Below, piece by piece: positions 1 through 10,108 of a DNA stretch of 64,000 nucleotides. The translations under genes were made by a program, and so were the position numbers. The notes under the pieces were generated by a model, which saw only the letters and a program-made list of their open reading frames with translations, had not been told where the DNA came from and did no database searches. The DNA lies in contig CBDEFO010000006.1 of the NCBI GenBank assembly GCA_965237525.1, positions 224,001 through 288,000 on the forward strand. The letters are read 5' to 3'. Origin of the DNA: Candidatus Latescibacterota bacterium. GTDB taxonomy: Bacteria; Latescibacterota; CBDEFO01. The stretch's first letter is position 1. Every line of letters starts with the position of its first letter.

Positions 1-179
1 ATCTTTATAACCGTTCACATCCAGTGTTGACCGTGATGTTTTACCTGACCGGCAGAAGGCGGCGGCGGGAAAATACCAAATTCTCATCTCATTCCCCAGA
101 ATGTACAAAGGAATACACATTCCCTGTCATCTTGATCTACTGCGCTCAGCGGAGAGACCAGCTGGTAAAGAAACTCCTC

Positions 180-1154
180 TCAAGTCCAATCAAAAATGTT
201 GAATAAACTATTATCTCTTCTATGCAGCAGATTCTGGTATACCAATTGGGCCTCGCAGGGCTTTGCCAACGATGTTAGACCATGAACCTTTATTCTGTCA
301 TCCATCAGCCATTTCAGCGCGGTACGGTAGTTTCCAAAGATGCTGTGCGGTCGGAAATCCGCGGCATGCCCTGGCAGTTCCCACTCCCAACCACTGCGCA
401 AAATAACATACCTGTGGAATATCAACCGAAGCAGCTCCTGGACATATAGATCCGTATGGCGGGTCCACGGAACCCCGACAAGCACGACTTCTCCTAACTT
501 TCGCACAATCCGGCAGGCATCTACAACAGCCTGTTCATGCCCTGAGCATTCCATAACCAGGGAAATTGTCCCGACGATCGACTCGTCGTTACATGGAACT
601 TCGGGATAAACCGCCGCAACGCCGGATGCGGCAGCGTTTTTTCGCCGTCCACTGTTGGGTTCAACAACATGGACCTCGTATCCGGAAAGCTTGAACACCT
701 GCGCTGCAAGGTATCCCACAGACCCGGCGCCCGTAATCATCACCCGGTCTCCTGGCCGGGCCGCCGTAGTAACCAGCGTGGTCATTGTCACGATCATCAG
801 GCGGGCGATGAGTGCTTTTTCCGGTTCCAGCCCCACAGGCAGGGGCACGGTACAGGCGGCGTCCATCTGTTGAAAACTCTGATGAAGGCCCATGCAGAAA
901 AGATGATCTCCCTTCTTCACGTTCTCTACTTCCTGTCCGGTTTCCTCGACTTCGAACATGGCCGAATATCCGGGATATAACGGGTAATCCTTGCCACCTA
1001 GGCCCAGATAATGATGGGCCAGTTCGGTCCCGGGGCTGACGAGAGTATAAAGAGTCTTCCCTCGGACTTCCTTCGGTCCAAGCACAGCCGGACCATCCAC
1101 GGTGAGCAGTTCAGCTTTTTCCTCAGCGGTAACTACAATCGCCTGATGAGTCAT
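180..1154 (-). CDS. Zinc-binding alcohol dehydrogenase (MDR) family oxidoreductase
   Basis: SPGTEL motif, GAGSVG Rossmann motif, GroES-like N-terminus; start at MTHQAIVV chosen over the upstream ATG that overlaps the cupin gene. Confidence 0.85.
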   Translation of the reverse strand: MTHQAIVVTAEEKAELLTVDGPAVLGPKEVRGKTLYTLVSPGTELAHHYLGLGGKDYPLYPGYSAMFEVEETGQEVENVKKGDHLFCMGLHQSFQQMDAACTVPLPVGLEPEKALIARLMIVTMTTLVTTAARPGDRVMITGAGSVGYLAAQVFKLSGYEVHVVEPNSGRRKNAAASGVAAVYPEVPCNDESIVGTISLVMECSGHEQAVVDACRIVRKLGEVVLVGVPWTRHTDLYVQELLRLIFHRYVILRSGWEWELPGHAADFRPHSIFGNYRTALKWLMDDRIKVHGLTSLAKPCEAQLVYQNLLHRRDNSLFNIFDWT

Positions 1155-1200
1155 ACGTTTACTCTCTGCCTGTTCGGCTTGCCCGTCGTCTTTTTCTCCT

Positions 1201-1563
1201 TCAGCAGACACTGATCACAAGGACGCGCAGGTCTGTCCCTGAATTGTTTTCCAGTCCATGTGCTCCTCCTGGAAAAACGGCGGTTATATCACCCGGTCCG
1301 ACCTCAACACTTTCCTCATCCAGCGTCATAATTCCCGTTCCTGAAATTACATAATAGTACTCCTCATCGTTTTCGTGCTTGTGGATACCGATCGAAACAT
1401 CCGGCGGCAGGACAAGGTCGAAAAAACACTTCAGGTGTTTATCTTTTGTCTCATCGCTGGCGATGACCTTTGTCCAGTCCAGAACCCCCTTGCCACCGTG
1501 GCTTTCAGACGCCATTGTCTGGAGCATGTCCTCTCTTTTTCTCATGAACGTGGTTTTTTTCAT
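1201..1563 (-). CDS. Cupin domain protein
   Basis: SIGIHKHENDEEYYYVISGTG and PGGAHGLEN cupin motifs; AGGAG RBS before MKKTTF. Confidence 0.85.
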   Translation of the reverse strand: MKKTTFMRKREDMLQTMASESHGGKGVLDWTKVIASDETKDKHLKCFFDLVLPPDVSIGIHKHENDEEYYYVISGTGIMTLDEESVEVGPGDITAVFPGGAHGLENNSGTDLRVLVISVC

Positions 1564-1823
1564 TTTGCTGCTCCTAGCACGCCGTTCGTCATTCGTCTTC
1601 TTACTGACCAAGAAATATGCCCGCTTCACCTGGATGGCTCAGCAGGTCTCGCTGCCTCGTATTACATGGTAGGGTCATCGCCCTAATCTTGCTCTCCACC
1701 TTCTCCACGAGGACTGTGGATGCTTTGACGTAAAGTCGGTCTGGCAACGCATGTCCCCACAGGTCATGGCGGTAAATGCCTCCACCAACAGAATCGGGTA
1801 TTGCGCAGCATCCCGGCCTACTC

Positions 1824-3047
1824 TTACGGCAAACGCCAGCGAACCACTTCACAATTGAAGAGTTTGTCCGGATGCGGCGGGTCCGGTGGCCAGGCGTCAG
1901 GTCGCCAATAGGAATAGCTGGTCACAAGAGTCCCGTCGTCCAGCTCGACGGTGTTGCCGAAACCTCCGCCCGAGCAGCGGCCGATGGGAGTTCTGGTCTC
2001 AATCATGAAGATGTCGTGCTCGAAATCAAATTCAAAGCCGTCTTCGGTTTCACGGCCGAGTACCGCACGCACGCCGAGGGGAGGATCGATTGAGCGCTGA
2101 GTATAAGTAAACAGCAGCCGCCCATCCCTCAACCGCAGAATGGAATGAAACATCTGGCCGTGGTCGCCCAGGTCCTCACCGGGCTGCCACGTGTGGCCTT
2201 CGTCGGTGGAAGTCCAAGCTTTCATTCGACCGAACTGGTCAAAGTCGGTATCGGCAAGATCCTGCACCGGGGGCTGGCCGTAGTGCAGCAGGGTTATGGC
2301 CACGTTTCCGAGCTCCTGGGGGGTGAACACCCGCCCGGGAAGCGGGAACAATTTGTGCTCAATCCTGGCTATCCCGTATATTTTTCCGGAACGCGCCTGC
2401 CAGAGCACTACCTCCGAAAAGATGGAATAGGGATAGCCTTCCGGTACCCCTTCTACGTGTATCCTGTGGCAGTCCGGCCACGTCCGACCCCCATCGTAGC
2501 TGCGGGCGACGTATTCGTCCCCGTATTGAGGATGGAGAGGAGGATTCTGGTCTTTGGGTATATCCACGATCTGTAGCAACGAACCGTCTTCCAACTGCAG
2601 TATATTTCGCGAACAGTTGTTCCCTCTGACCCTACGCGACTTGTTCCCCCTTACCCTAGTGGCAAATTCCGGAGGCAGATGGTATTCGGACCAGGTGTAT
2701 CCATCGTCCTCCGAACGGTACCCCCACGCTCCTCCCGTTAGCAACAGCGTGCCGTCTCGCATTTGAGACAAATAGGGCTCTTCGCCGTCCGGCAGGCCGG
2801 CAGTGTTACGCCCTCCCTCCCAGGTCCGACCGCCGTCGTGCGAACGATACAGGTAGATGGGTATCCGTGTATCGCACAGGTAGCACAATAGCAGCAACTC
2901 ATTTCCACCCAGGTATGCGATGTTGGGCTTGTATTCAAGCTTTTGGCCCACCGGAACCCGTTCCGCTTGTACCTTTTCTGCCGTTAGCTGGCGCGGGTCT
3001 CGAATGGCAATAAAGTCCTGAAAGGGCTGCTGTGGTGAGTCACTCAT
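1824..3047 (-). CDS. BNR/Asp-box (sialidase-like beta-propeller) protein, array copy A
   Basis: Asp-boxes SHDGGRTW, SEDDGYTW, SYDGGRTW, STDEGHTW; AAAGGAG RBS. Confidence 0.85.
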   Translation of the reverse strand: MSDSPQQPFQDFIAIRDPRQLTAEKVQAERVPVGQKLEYKPNIAYLGGNELLLLCYLCDTRIPIYLYRSHDGGRTWEGGRNTAGLPDGEEPYLSQMRDGTLLLTGGAWGYRSEDDGYTWSEYHLPPEFATRVRGNKSRRVRGNNCSRNILQLEDGSLLQIVDIPKDQNPPLHPQYGDEYVARSYDGGRTWPDCHRIHVEGVPEGYPYSIFSEVVLWQARSGKIYGIARIEHKLFPLPGRVFTPQELGNVAITLLHYGQPPVQDLADTDFDQFGRMKAWTSTDEGHTWQPGEDLGDHGQMFHSILRLRDGRLLFTYTQRSIDPPLGVRAVLGRETEDGFEFDFEHDIFMIETRTPIGRCSGGGFGNTVELDDGTLVTSYSYWRPDAWPPDPPHPDKLFNCEVVRWRLP

Positions 3048-3220
3048 CTCTGTCTTCTCCTTTCGATGGTAGGGTTATCGCACTAATCTTGCTCTCACCC
3101 TCTCCAAGAGGACTTCCGATGCTCTGGCGTAACGGCGGTCTGGCAACGCATCCCCACAGGTCATGGTGAGATATACCTCCACCAACAGAACCGGCTGTTG
3201 TGCAGCATACCGGCTTCCTC

Positions 3221-4408
3221 TTACGGCAAACGCCAGCGAACCACTTCACAATTGAAGAGTTTGCCCGATTCTCCTTTGTCAGGCCGCCAGTAGGAATAAC
3301 TCGTTACCAGTGTACCGTCGTCGAGCTCGACGGTGTTGCCGAAACCTCCGCCCGAGCAGCGGTCGATGGGAGTTCTGGTGTCAACCATGAAAATGTCGTG
3401 CTCGAAATCAAATTCAAAGCCGTCTTCGGTTTCACGGCCGAGCACTGCACGAACGCCGAGGGGAGGATCGAGAGAGCGCTGTGTATAGGTGAACAGCAGC
3501 CGTCCGTCCCTCAAGCGGAGAATGGAATGAAACATCTGGCCGTGGTCGCCCAGGTTCGCACCGGGCTGCCACGTGTGACCTTCATCGGTGGAAATCCAGG
3601 CTTTGAGTCGGCTGAACTGGTCGAAGTTGGTATCGGCAAGATCCTGCACCGGGGGCTCCCCGTAGTGCCGCAGGGTTATGGCCGCGTTTCTGAGCTCCTG
3701 GGGGGTGAACACCCGCCCGGGAAGCGGGAAAAATTGGTGCTCAATCCTGGCTATACCGTATATTTTTCCGGAACGCGCCTGCCACAGCACCACTTCGGAA
3801 AAGATAGAATAGGGATAGCCTTCCGGTACCCCTTCTACTTCCATCGTGTAGCAGTCCGGCCATGTCCGACCCCCATCGTAGCTCCGAGCGACGTATTCGT
3901 CCCCGTATTGAGTATGGCGAGGAGGGGGATCGTCTTTAGGTATATCCACGATCTGCAGAAACGACCCGTCTTCCAACTGCACTATATTTCGCGAGTTGTT
4001 CCCTCTGACCCTGGTAGCAAACTCTGGAGGCAACTGGTATTCGGACCAGGTGAATCCATCGTCCTCCGAACGGTACCCCCACGGGCCTCCCGTTACCAAC
4101 AACGTTCCGTCTCGCATTTGCGACAAATAGGGCTCCCCGCCGTCAGGCAGGCTGGTAGTGTTACGCCCTCCCTCCCAGGTCCGACCGCCGTCGTGCGAAC
4201 GATACAGGTAGGTGGGTAGCCCTGCTGCCACATCGTTCAGGTAGCACAATAGCAGCAACTCATTTCCACCCAGGTGTGCGATGTTGGGCTTGTATTCAAG
4301 CTTTTGGCCCACCGGAACCCGCTCGGCTTGTAGGTTTGCTGACGTTAGTTGCCGCGGGTTTCGAATGGCAATAAAGTCCTGAAAGGGCTGCTGTGGTGAG
4401 TCATCCAT
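3221..4408 (-). CDS. BNR/Asp-box (sialidase-like) protein, array copy B
   Basis: Same Asp-box set; paralog of copy A. Confidence 0.85.
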   Translation of the reverse strand: MDDSPQQPFQDFIAIRNPRQLTSANLQAERVPVGQKLEYKPNIAHLGGNELLLLCYLNDVAAGLPTYLYRSHDGGRTWEGGRNTTSLPDGGEPYLSQMRDGTLLVTGGPWGYRSEDDGFTWSEYQLPPEFATRVRGNNSRNIVQLEDGSFLQIVDIPKDDPPPRHTQYGDEYVARSYDGGRTWPDCYTMEVEGVPEGYPYSIFSEVVLWQARSGKIYGIARIEHQFFPLPGRVFTPQELRNAAITLRHYGEPPVQDLADTNFDQFSRLKAWISTDEGHTWQPGANLGDHGQMFHSILRLRDGRLLFTYTQRSLDPPLGVRAVLGRETEDGFEFDFEHDIFMVDTRTPIDRCSGGGFGNTVELDDGTLVTSYSYWRPDKGESGKLFNCEVVRWRLP

Positions 4409-4583
4409 CTTTGTTTTCTCCTTTCGATGGTAGGGTTATCGCCCTAATCTTGCTCTCACCCTCTCCACGAGGACTGCGGATGCTCTGGCGTAACCGCGCT
4501 CAGGCAACGCATGATCCTACAAGTCATCGCCGTATATACTTTCACCAACAGAATCGGGTGTTGCGCAGCATCCCGGCTTCCTC

Positions 4584-5813
4584 TTACGGCAAACGCCAGC
4601 GAACCACTTCACAATTGAAGAGTTTGTCCGGTGTCGGCGGATCCGGTGGCCAGACGTCAGGTCGCCAATAGGAATAGCTGGTTACCAGTGTACCGTCGTC
4701 GTGCTCGACAGTGTTGCCGAAACCTCCGCCCGAGCAGCGGCCGATGGGAGTTCTGGTATCAACCATGAAGACGTCGTGCTCGAAATCGAATTCAAAGCCG
4801 TCTTCGGTTTCACGGCCGAGCACTCCACGCACGCCGAGCGGAGGATCGATCAAGCGCTGAGTATAAGTGAAAAGCAGCCGCCCATCCCTCAACCGCAGAA
4901 TGGAATGAAACATGCGGCCGTAGTCGCCCAGATCCGCGCCGGACTGCCACGTATGGCCCTGGTCGGTGGAGAAGAAAGCTTTCAGTCTATGGAACTGGTC
5001 AAAGTTCAGTTCGGCAATACTCTGAGCAGGAGGCTCCCCGTAGTGAAGCATGGTGATGGCAGCATTGCCGAGTTCCTGGGGAGTCAGCACCCTTCCCGGC
5101 AGCGGATAGAACTGATGATCAACCCTGGCTATGGCGTAAAGCTTCCCGGAACGCGCCTGCCAGAGCACCGCTTCGGCAAATATGGACCCGGGATAACGTT
5201 CCGGTACCCCTTCTACTTCAATCGTGTAGCAGTCCGGCCACGTCCGACCCCCATCGTAACTCCGGGCTACGTATTCATCCCCGTATTGAGCATAGCGAGG
5301 AGGATTCTGGTCTTTGGGTATATCCACGATCTGCAGCAACGAACCGTCTTCCAACTGCAGTATATTTCGTGAACAGTTGTTCCCTCTGACCCTACGCGAC
5401 TTGCTCCCCCTTACCCTGGTGGCAAATTCCGGAGGCAGATGGTATTCGGACCAGGTGTATCCATCGTCCTCAGAACGGTACCCCCACTGGCCTCCCGTTA
5501 CCAACAACGTGCCGTCTCGCATTTGAGACAAATAGGGCTCTTCGCCGTTCGGCAGACTGGTAGTGCTACGCCCTCCCTCCCAGGTCCGACCGCCGTCGTG
5601 CGAACGATACAGGTAGGGGGCTAGCCCTGCTACCTCATCGAGCAGGTAACACAATAGTAGCAACTCATTTCCACCCAGATACGCGATGTTGGGCTTGTAT
5701 TCAAGCTTTTGGCCCACCGGAACCCGTTCCGCTTGTACCTTTTCTGCCGTTAGCTGGCGCGGGTCTCGAATGGCAATAAAGTCCTGAAAGGGCTGCTGTG
5801 GTGAGTCACTCAT
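4584..5813 (-). CDS. BNR/Asp-box (sialidase-like) protein, array copy C
   Basis: Same Asp-box set; paralog. Confidence 0.85.
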   Translation of the reverse strand: MSDSPQQPFQDFIAIRDPRQLTAEKVQAERVPVGQKLEYKPNIAYLGGNELLLLCYLLDEVAGLAPYLYRSHDGGRTWEGGRSTTSLPNGEEPYLSQMRDGTLLVTGGQWGYRSEDDGYTWSEYHLPPEFATRVRGSKSRRVRGNNCSRNILQLEDGSLLQIVDIPKDQNPPRYAQYGDEYVARSYDGGRTWPDCYTIEVEGVPERYPGSIFAEAVLWQARSGKLYAIARVDHQFYPLPGRVLTPQELGNAAITMLHYGEPPAQSIAELNFDQFHRLKAFFSTDQGHTWQSGADLGDYGRMFHSILRLRDGRLLFTYTQRLIDPPLGVRGVLGRETEDGFEFDFEHDVFMVDTRTPIGRCSGGGFGNTVEHDDGTLVTSYSYWRPDVWPPDPPTPDKLFNCEVVRWRLP

Positions 5814-5986
5814 CTCTGTCTTCTCCTTTCGATGGTAGGGTTATCGCACTAATCTTGCTCTCACCCTCTCCAAGAGGACTTCCGATGCTCTGGCGTAACG
5901 GCGGTCTGGCAACGCATCCCCACAGGTCATGGTGAGATATACCTCCACCAACAGAACCGGCTGTTGTGCAGCATACCGGCTTCCTC

Positions 5987-7174
5987 TTACGGCAAACGCC
6001 AGCGAACCACTTCACAATTGAAGAGTTTGCCCGATTCTCCTTTGTCAGGCCGCCAGTAGGAATAACTCGTTACCAGTGTACCGTCGTCGAGCTCGACGGT
6101 GTTGCCGAAACCTCCACCCGAGCAGCGGCCGATGGGTGTTCTGGTGTCAATCATGAAGATGTCGTGCTCGAAATCAAATTCAAAGCCGTCTTCGGTTTCA
6201 CGGCCGAGTACCGCACGCACGCCGAGCGGAGGATCGATCGAGCGCTGAGTATAAGTAAACAGCAGCCGCCCATCCCTCAACCGCAGAATGGAATGAAACA
6301 TCTGGCCGTGGTCGCCCAGGTCCGGACCGAGCTGCCACGTGTGGCCTTCGTCGGTGGAAACCCAGGCTTTCATTCGGCCGAACTGGTCAAAGTCGGTATC
6401 GGCAAGATCCTGCACCGGGGGCTGCGAATAGTGAAACAGGGTTATAGCCACGTTTCCGAGCTCCTGGGGGGTGAACACCCGCCCGGGAAGGGGATAGAAC
6501 TGATGATCAAGCCTGGCTATGCCGTAAATCTTACCGGAACGCGCCTGCCAGAGCACTACCTCCCCAAAGATGGACCGGCGGTATCCTTCCGCCACCCCTT
6601 CTACTTCTATCGGGTAGCAGTCCGGCCAGGTCCGACCCCCATCGTAGCTCCGGGCGACGTATCCATTCCCGTATTGAGAATGGCGAAGAATGGGATCGTC
6701 TTCAGGTATATCGACGATCTGCAGCAACGAACCGTCTTCCAACTGCAGTATGTTTCGCGAGTTGTTCCCCCTGACCCTGGTGGCAAATTCCGGAGGCAAC
6801 TGGTATTCGGACCAAGTGAATCCATCGTCCTCAGAACGGTACCCCCACGGGCCTCCCGTTACCAACAGCGTGCCGTCTCGCGTTTGAGACAAATAGGGCT
6901 CGCCGCCGTCAGGCAGGCTGGTAGTGCTGCGACCTCCCTCCCAGGTACGACCGCCGTCGTGCGAACGATACAGGTAGGTGGGTAGCCCTGCTTCGACATC
7001 GTTCAGGTAGCACAATAGCAGTAGCTCATTTCCACCCAGGTGTGCGATGTTGGGCTTGTATTCAAGCTTTTGGCCTACCGGAACCCGTTCGGCTTGCAGC
7101 TTTTCTACCGTTAGCTGGCGCGGGTCTCGAATGGCAATGAAGTCCTGAAAGGGCTGCTGTGGTGAGTCATTCAT
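5987..7174 (-). CDS. BNR/Asp-box (sialidase-like) protein, array copy D (first transcribed)
   Basis: Same Asp-box set; paralog. Confidence 0.85.
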   Translation of the reverse strand: MNDSPQQPFQDFIAIRDPRQLTVEKLQAERVPVGQKLEYKPNIAHLGGNELLLLCYLNDVEAGLPTYLYRSHDGGRTWEGGRSTTSLPDGGEPYLSQTRDGTLLVTGGPWGYRSEDDGFTWSEYQLPPEFATRVRGNNSRNILQLEDGSLLQIVDIPEDDPILRHSQYGNGYVARSYDGGRTWPDCYPIEVEGVAEGYRRSIFGEVVLWQARSGKIYGIARLDHQFYPLPGRVFTPQELGNVAITLFHYSQPPVQDLADTDFDQFGRMKAWVSTDEGHTWQLGPDLGDHGQMFHSILRLRDGRLLFTYTQRSIDPPLGVRAVLGRETEDGFEFDFEHDIFMIDTRTPIGRCSGGGFGNTVELDDGTLVTSYSYWRPDKGESGKLFNCEVVRWRLP

Positions 7175-7229
7175 CTCTGTCTTCTCCTTTCGATGGGTTT
7201 CTCTTTGCGCGGTGGTTCAAGGTGACATT

Positions 7230-7570
7230 CTAAGCAAAAGGACAATTTCAACAAAAGTTGCCTTGCCAGTGATACTCCATACAATTGCTGGAGCATCTGG
7301 TAAAACTAATCCTATCAGTTCACTTTCGTTTAAGTAAACTTAATTATGAGCAATACGTCCACGCAATGAAATATTAGGGGATATATATAAAAGGTATTAT
7401 TTCAACAGAAAATCCTGAATCCCAAAATCCACTTCCAGATCCTACGGGCAGTGAAATACCAACATTTATCCCAACGGATCGTCCCTTAGCGTAGCTGGAG
7501 CCGAGTGGTAGGATAATGAAAGCAGAAAAATTGCAGTAACAAGAATTCTCTGTTATATGCTTATCCTCCC
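7230..7570 (-). pseudogene. Low-GC remnant of a secreted/outer-membrane beta-barrel-like gene
   Basis: Minus-strand reading ...SYAKGRSVGINVGISLPVGSGSGFWDSGFSVE...; frameshifted and truncated. Confidence 0.35.
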
Positions 7571-8079
7571 ACTGGAGCAGCTTGCCTAACGTGGATTTCG
7601 CTAAATGCGTTCCAACTGACAGTCATACGATCTAATTGTGAGAACTTCTGTCAATGCCTCCACAACGCTGCGCTATGCTCTTGCTAAATATTTCTACGGA
7701 GGCTCTAATGGAGTGGAGAGCTGCGTACGGTACAGCCTAATTTGGAGGGAAGATACAAAATAAGATTGTGGAAGTCAATGAAATTGTGCAGTGGATCGTC
7801 AGATTATCGCTAACTGCTGCCATCCGCGCGATTTTGAGAGCCAGCCTGTGTCCGTCCGTCGGAAGGTGCACGTCCATACTCAAGCGACGGAGGCGAGCAT
7901 AACCGCTTCGGTCACATCCGAAACTATTCGTCAAGACATCCTACGCGACCTCAAGGCAAGCGCACTCTAATAGCCAGCGTGAGCAAATATGTGATGTCAT
8001 TTCTACCGCGGCACATGGCGGCTCTTAACGCGCAGGTAGCTAGTAATTAGCCTTTTTCAACCCCCGATTTAATCGGGGG

Positions 8080-9006
8080 TCAACGTTGGGGTTCATACAC
8101 TCCTGTGTCTATCTCCCGGGTGACGATGCCCGTCCGCGTCACGCTCACGTGCATGAAGCCGATGGTAGCCCGGGCGGCATTCCAGCAGGACGATCGCAGT
8201 ATAAAGCTCCGCGTTCGGCCGATCTTGCGTTCCTCCGTGGCCCTGTGATGGTGCCCAAAGAACATGGCGGTCGGCTGCGTTTTCTGGATGAGCGGGTTGA
8301 AGTACCGCGAATCGTTGCGCGACATGTACATGTTGACGTCCAGTCCTTCTGGATGTGGAGGGATGTGAGCGAAGATGATCTTTCCCCGCTCCTTCTGGCC
8401 CAACTCTCCTTCCAGCCATTCGCACTGCCCCCGGGGCCCGAAGTCCTCCGAGCAAAGGTGGCCGACGTGGTCCCCGCCCCCACCGGCATCGCAGACGCCG
8501 ATGAACCGCACTCCCTTGTGTACGAAGGAGTAGTAGTCGGATTCCTTGCCATCCTTCTTGAAGTCGCCGGGGAAGAGCTCGCGTATCTCCCTCTTCGCGC
8601 AGCGGTCCTCGTGGTTTCCGGCGATCACGTGCATCGGAATCGTCACCTCATCCAGACGGTCTCGGAGCGCCCACAGGTGGATATCACCGGCGACGAGCAT
8701 AAAGTCAGGCCTGTCTACCCCCTCCAACTTCGCCATCTCCCGGTCGCACCTGAGGAATTTCTCCACGCCGTTCCCTAACCTCTCTATCCCCTCCCTGTAT
8801 CTACCCGTAGCCGGATCGACACAGTGCGGATCTGCAAGCACGCAGAAGCTGAAGGGCTCAACAGCCGGAGCTACGTCCTCTGGGGCTTCCTGCGCCGATG
8901 CGCCCTCAGCCCTCCTCAGCCCAGCCCCGATAAGGGACGCAACAGAAAGCTTCAGGAAACGTCGGCGATCGGACATCATGCCCCACTCTTCGAGCTCGTT
9001 CATCAT
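8080..9006 (-). CDS. Calcineurin-like metallophosphoesterase with Tat signal
   Basis: DRRRFLK Tat motif; ADPH, AGDI, GNHE, AHIP, GHHH motifs; GAGGAGG RBS. Confidence 0.85.
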   Translation of the reverse strand: MMNELEEWGMMSDRRRFLKLSVASLIGAGLRRAEGASAQEAPEDVAPAVEPFSFCVLADPHCVDPATGRYREGIERLGNGVEKFLRCDREMAKLEGVDRPDFMLVAGDIHLWALRDRLDEVTIPMHVIAGNHEDRCAKREIRELFPGDFKKDGKESDYYSFVHKGVRFIGVCDAGGGGDHVGHLCSEDFGPRGQCEWLEGELGQKERGKIIFAHIPPHPEGLDVNMYMSRNDSRYFNPLIQKTQPTAMFFGHHHRATEERKIGRTRSFILRSSCWNAARATIGFMHVSVTRTGIVTREIDTGVYEPQR

Positions 9007-9229
9007 TGTGGCCTCCTCGTTAGGTGAGCCGCTGATAGGAATTATTCCGCAGGAGCGTGTTCTGGACGCGGATCTTGTAGATCTTGCGGATCCGATCAAT
9101 TGACATCGGGACGAAGAATCCGTCTTCCGGGTCAACTTCCCTGAACTCCGAGTCCTCGCGTTCGGGCATCAAGCGGCCTCCCAGCATATGCTAATAAGCC
9201 TTCGTAAAGCGCAGAACCGCATCAAAGAG

Positions 9230-10108
9230 TCAGTATGCGGCAGGCATCTGGCATCCGGCACTCGATATTCGGCATCGGTTGCGGGCGAAGCCAAACAGGC
9301 GACGCGCCAGGGCGAGGTCGGACACGAGGTCAGGGGCGGAACGCGTGGGGTGCAGCCGTTCATGTATCTCTTCGATTGCCCGCTCCAGGTCTGCTTCCGC
9401 CTGCCAGCACAGGCCGAGAGCCAATTTGGCGCGGGCGCGCCGGATCATCCAGGAGCTTTTCAGGCGCGAGCGTTCGAGGCGAGGCTCGATCTTCGTCAGT
9501 GCGAGCTGGGGCTGCCCTCCCTCGATCAGAGCGTCGATCCATTCCCCTTCAATCACGACGCTGAGCGTCCGCCGAAAACCTTCCTCAAGTCCCTGAATAC
9601 GCTCGTCGGTGAGACCGAGCCGCTCGTGCACGGAGCTTCGTTTCAGGTACCACTCGACGTCGGCAGCTCCACTTTGGATCGCCCGGTCGTAGTCCTTTAG
9701 GGCCGCGAGGAATTCCTCTTGGGCGGCATGCACATCCCCCCGGACCGCGAAAAGATGTGCCTGCGGTCTCTCTGTAGCGATGGCGCGCCCGATCCACATC
9801 CGTGCTCGGTCGGGGTCACGGCGGGCAAGATATATCCTGCTGAGTTCAACTTTCGCTCCGATGTGCGACGGGTCCATCCGGACTACGCGGAGCAGATCGT
9901 TGATCGACTCGTTGGACTTGCCCAGAATACGATATTCGGCGGCACGCCGCAGAAGCAGGGACACCGATTCGCCCTGAATACGCATGCGGTGCGACAGTGC
10001 CTCGACCACGTGTATCGGCCCTTCGTGCGCTGCCGCAACGGTGGCCGCCAGGAAGGCCGCCAGGAAGGCCGCGATGAAGGCCGTGACGAAAGCACCTACC
10101 CAAATCAT
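9230..10108 (-). CDS. Tetratricopeptide-repeat protein with signal peptide
   Basis: TPR-like helices (ALKDYDRAIQ); ATGA overlap with the upstream phosphatase stop at 10105-10108. Confidence 0.8.
   Translation of the reverse strand: MIWVGAFVTAFIAAFLAAFLAATVAAAHEGPIHVVEALSHRMRIQGESVSLLLRRAAEYRILGKSNESINDLLRVVRMDPSHIGAKVELSRIYLARRDPDRARMWIGRAIATERPQAHLFAVRGDVHAAQEEFLAALKDYDRAIQSGAADVEWYLKRSSVHERLGLTDERIQGLEEGFRRTLSVVIEGEWIDALIEGGQPQLALTKIEPRLERSRLKSSWMIRRARAKLALGLCWQAEADLERAIEEIHERLHPTRSAPDLVSDLALARRLFGFARNRCRISSAGCQMPAAY

Larger units (their letters stand above)
1668..7197. repeat. Tandem array of four gene+spacer units (about 1.38 kb each; exact 2766-bp higher-order period)
   Basis: 7174-4408 = 5813-3047 = 5987-3221 = 2766; spacers 3048-3220 and 5814-5986 look identical; related spacers at 4409-4583 and 1668-1823. 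Confidence 0.95.

Noticed and set aside
3200..6985. Long plus-strand ORFs (339 aa, 223 aa) and similar antisense ORFs at 20831-21931 and 49416-50663
   Set aside because: Antisense shadows of real GC-rich genes with no recognisable motifs.
1824..7174. Diversity-generating retroelement behind the BNR variation
   Set aside because: No reverse transcriptase in the window; differences are not adenine-specific and extend over whole genes.
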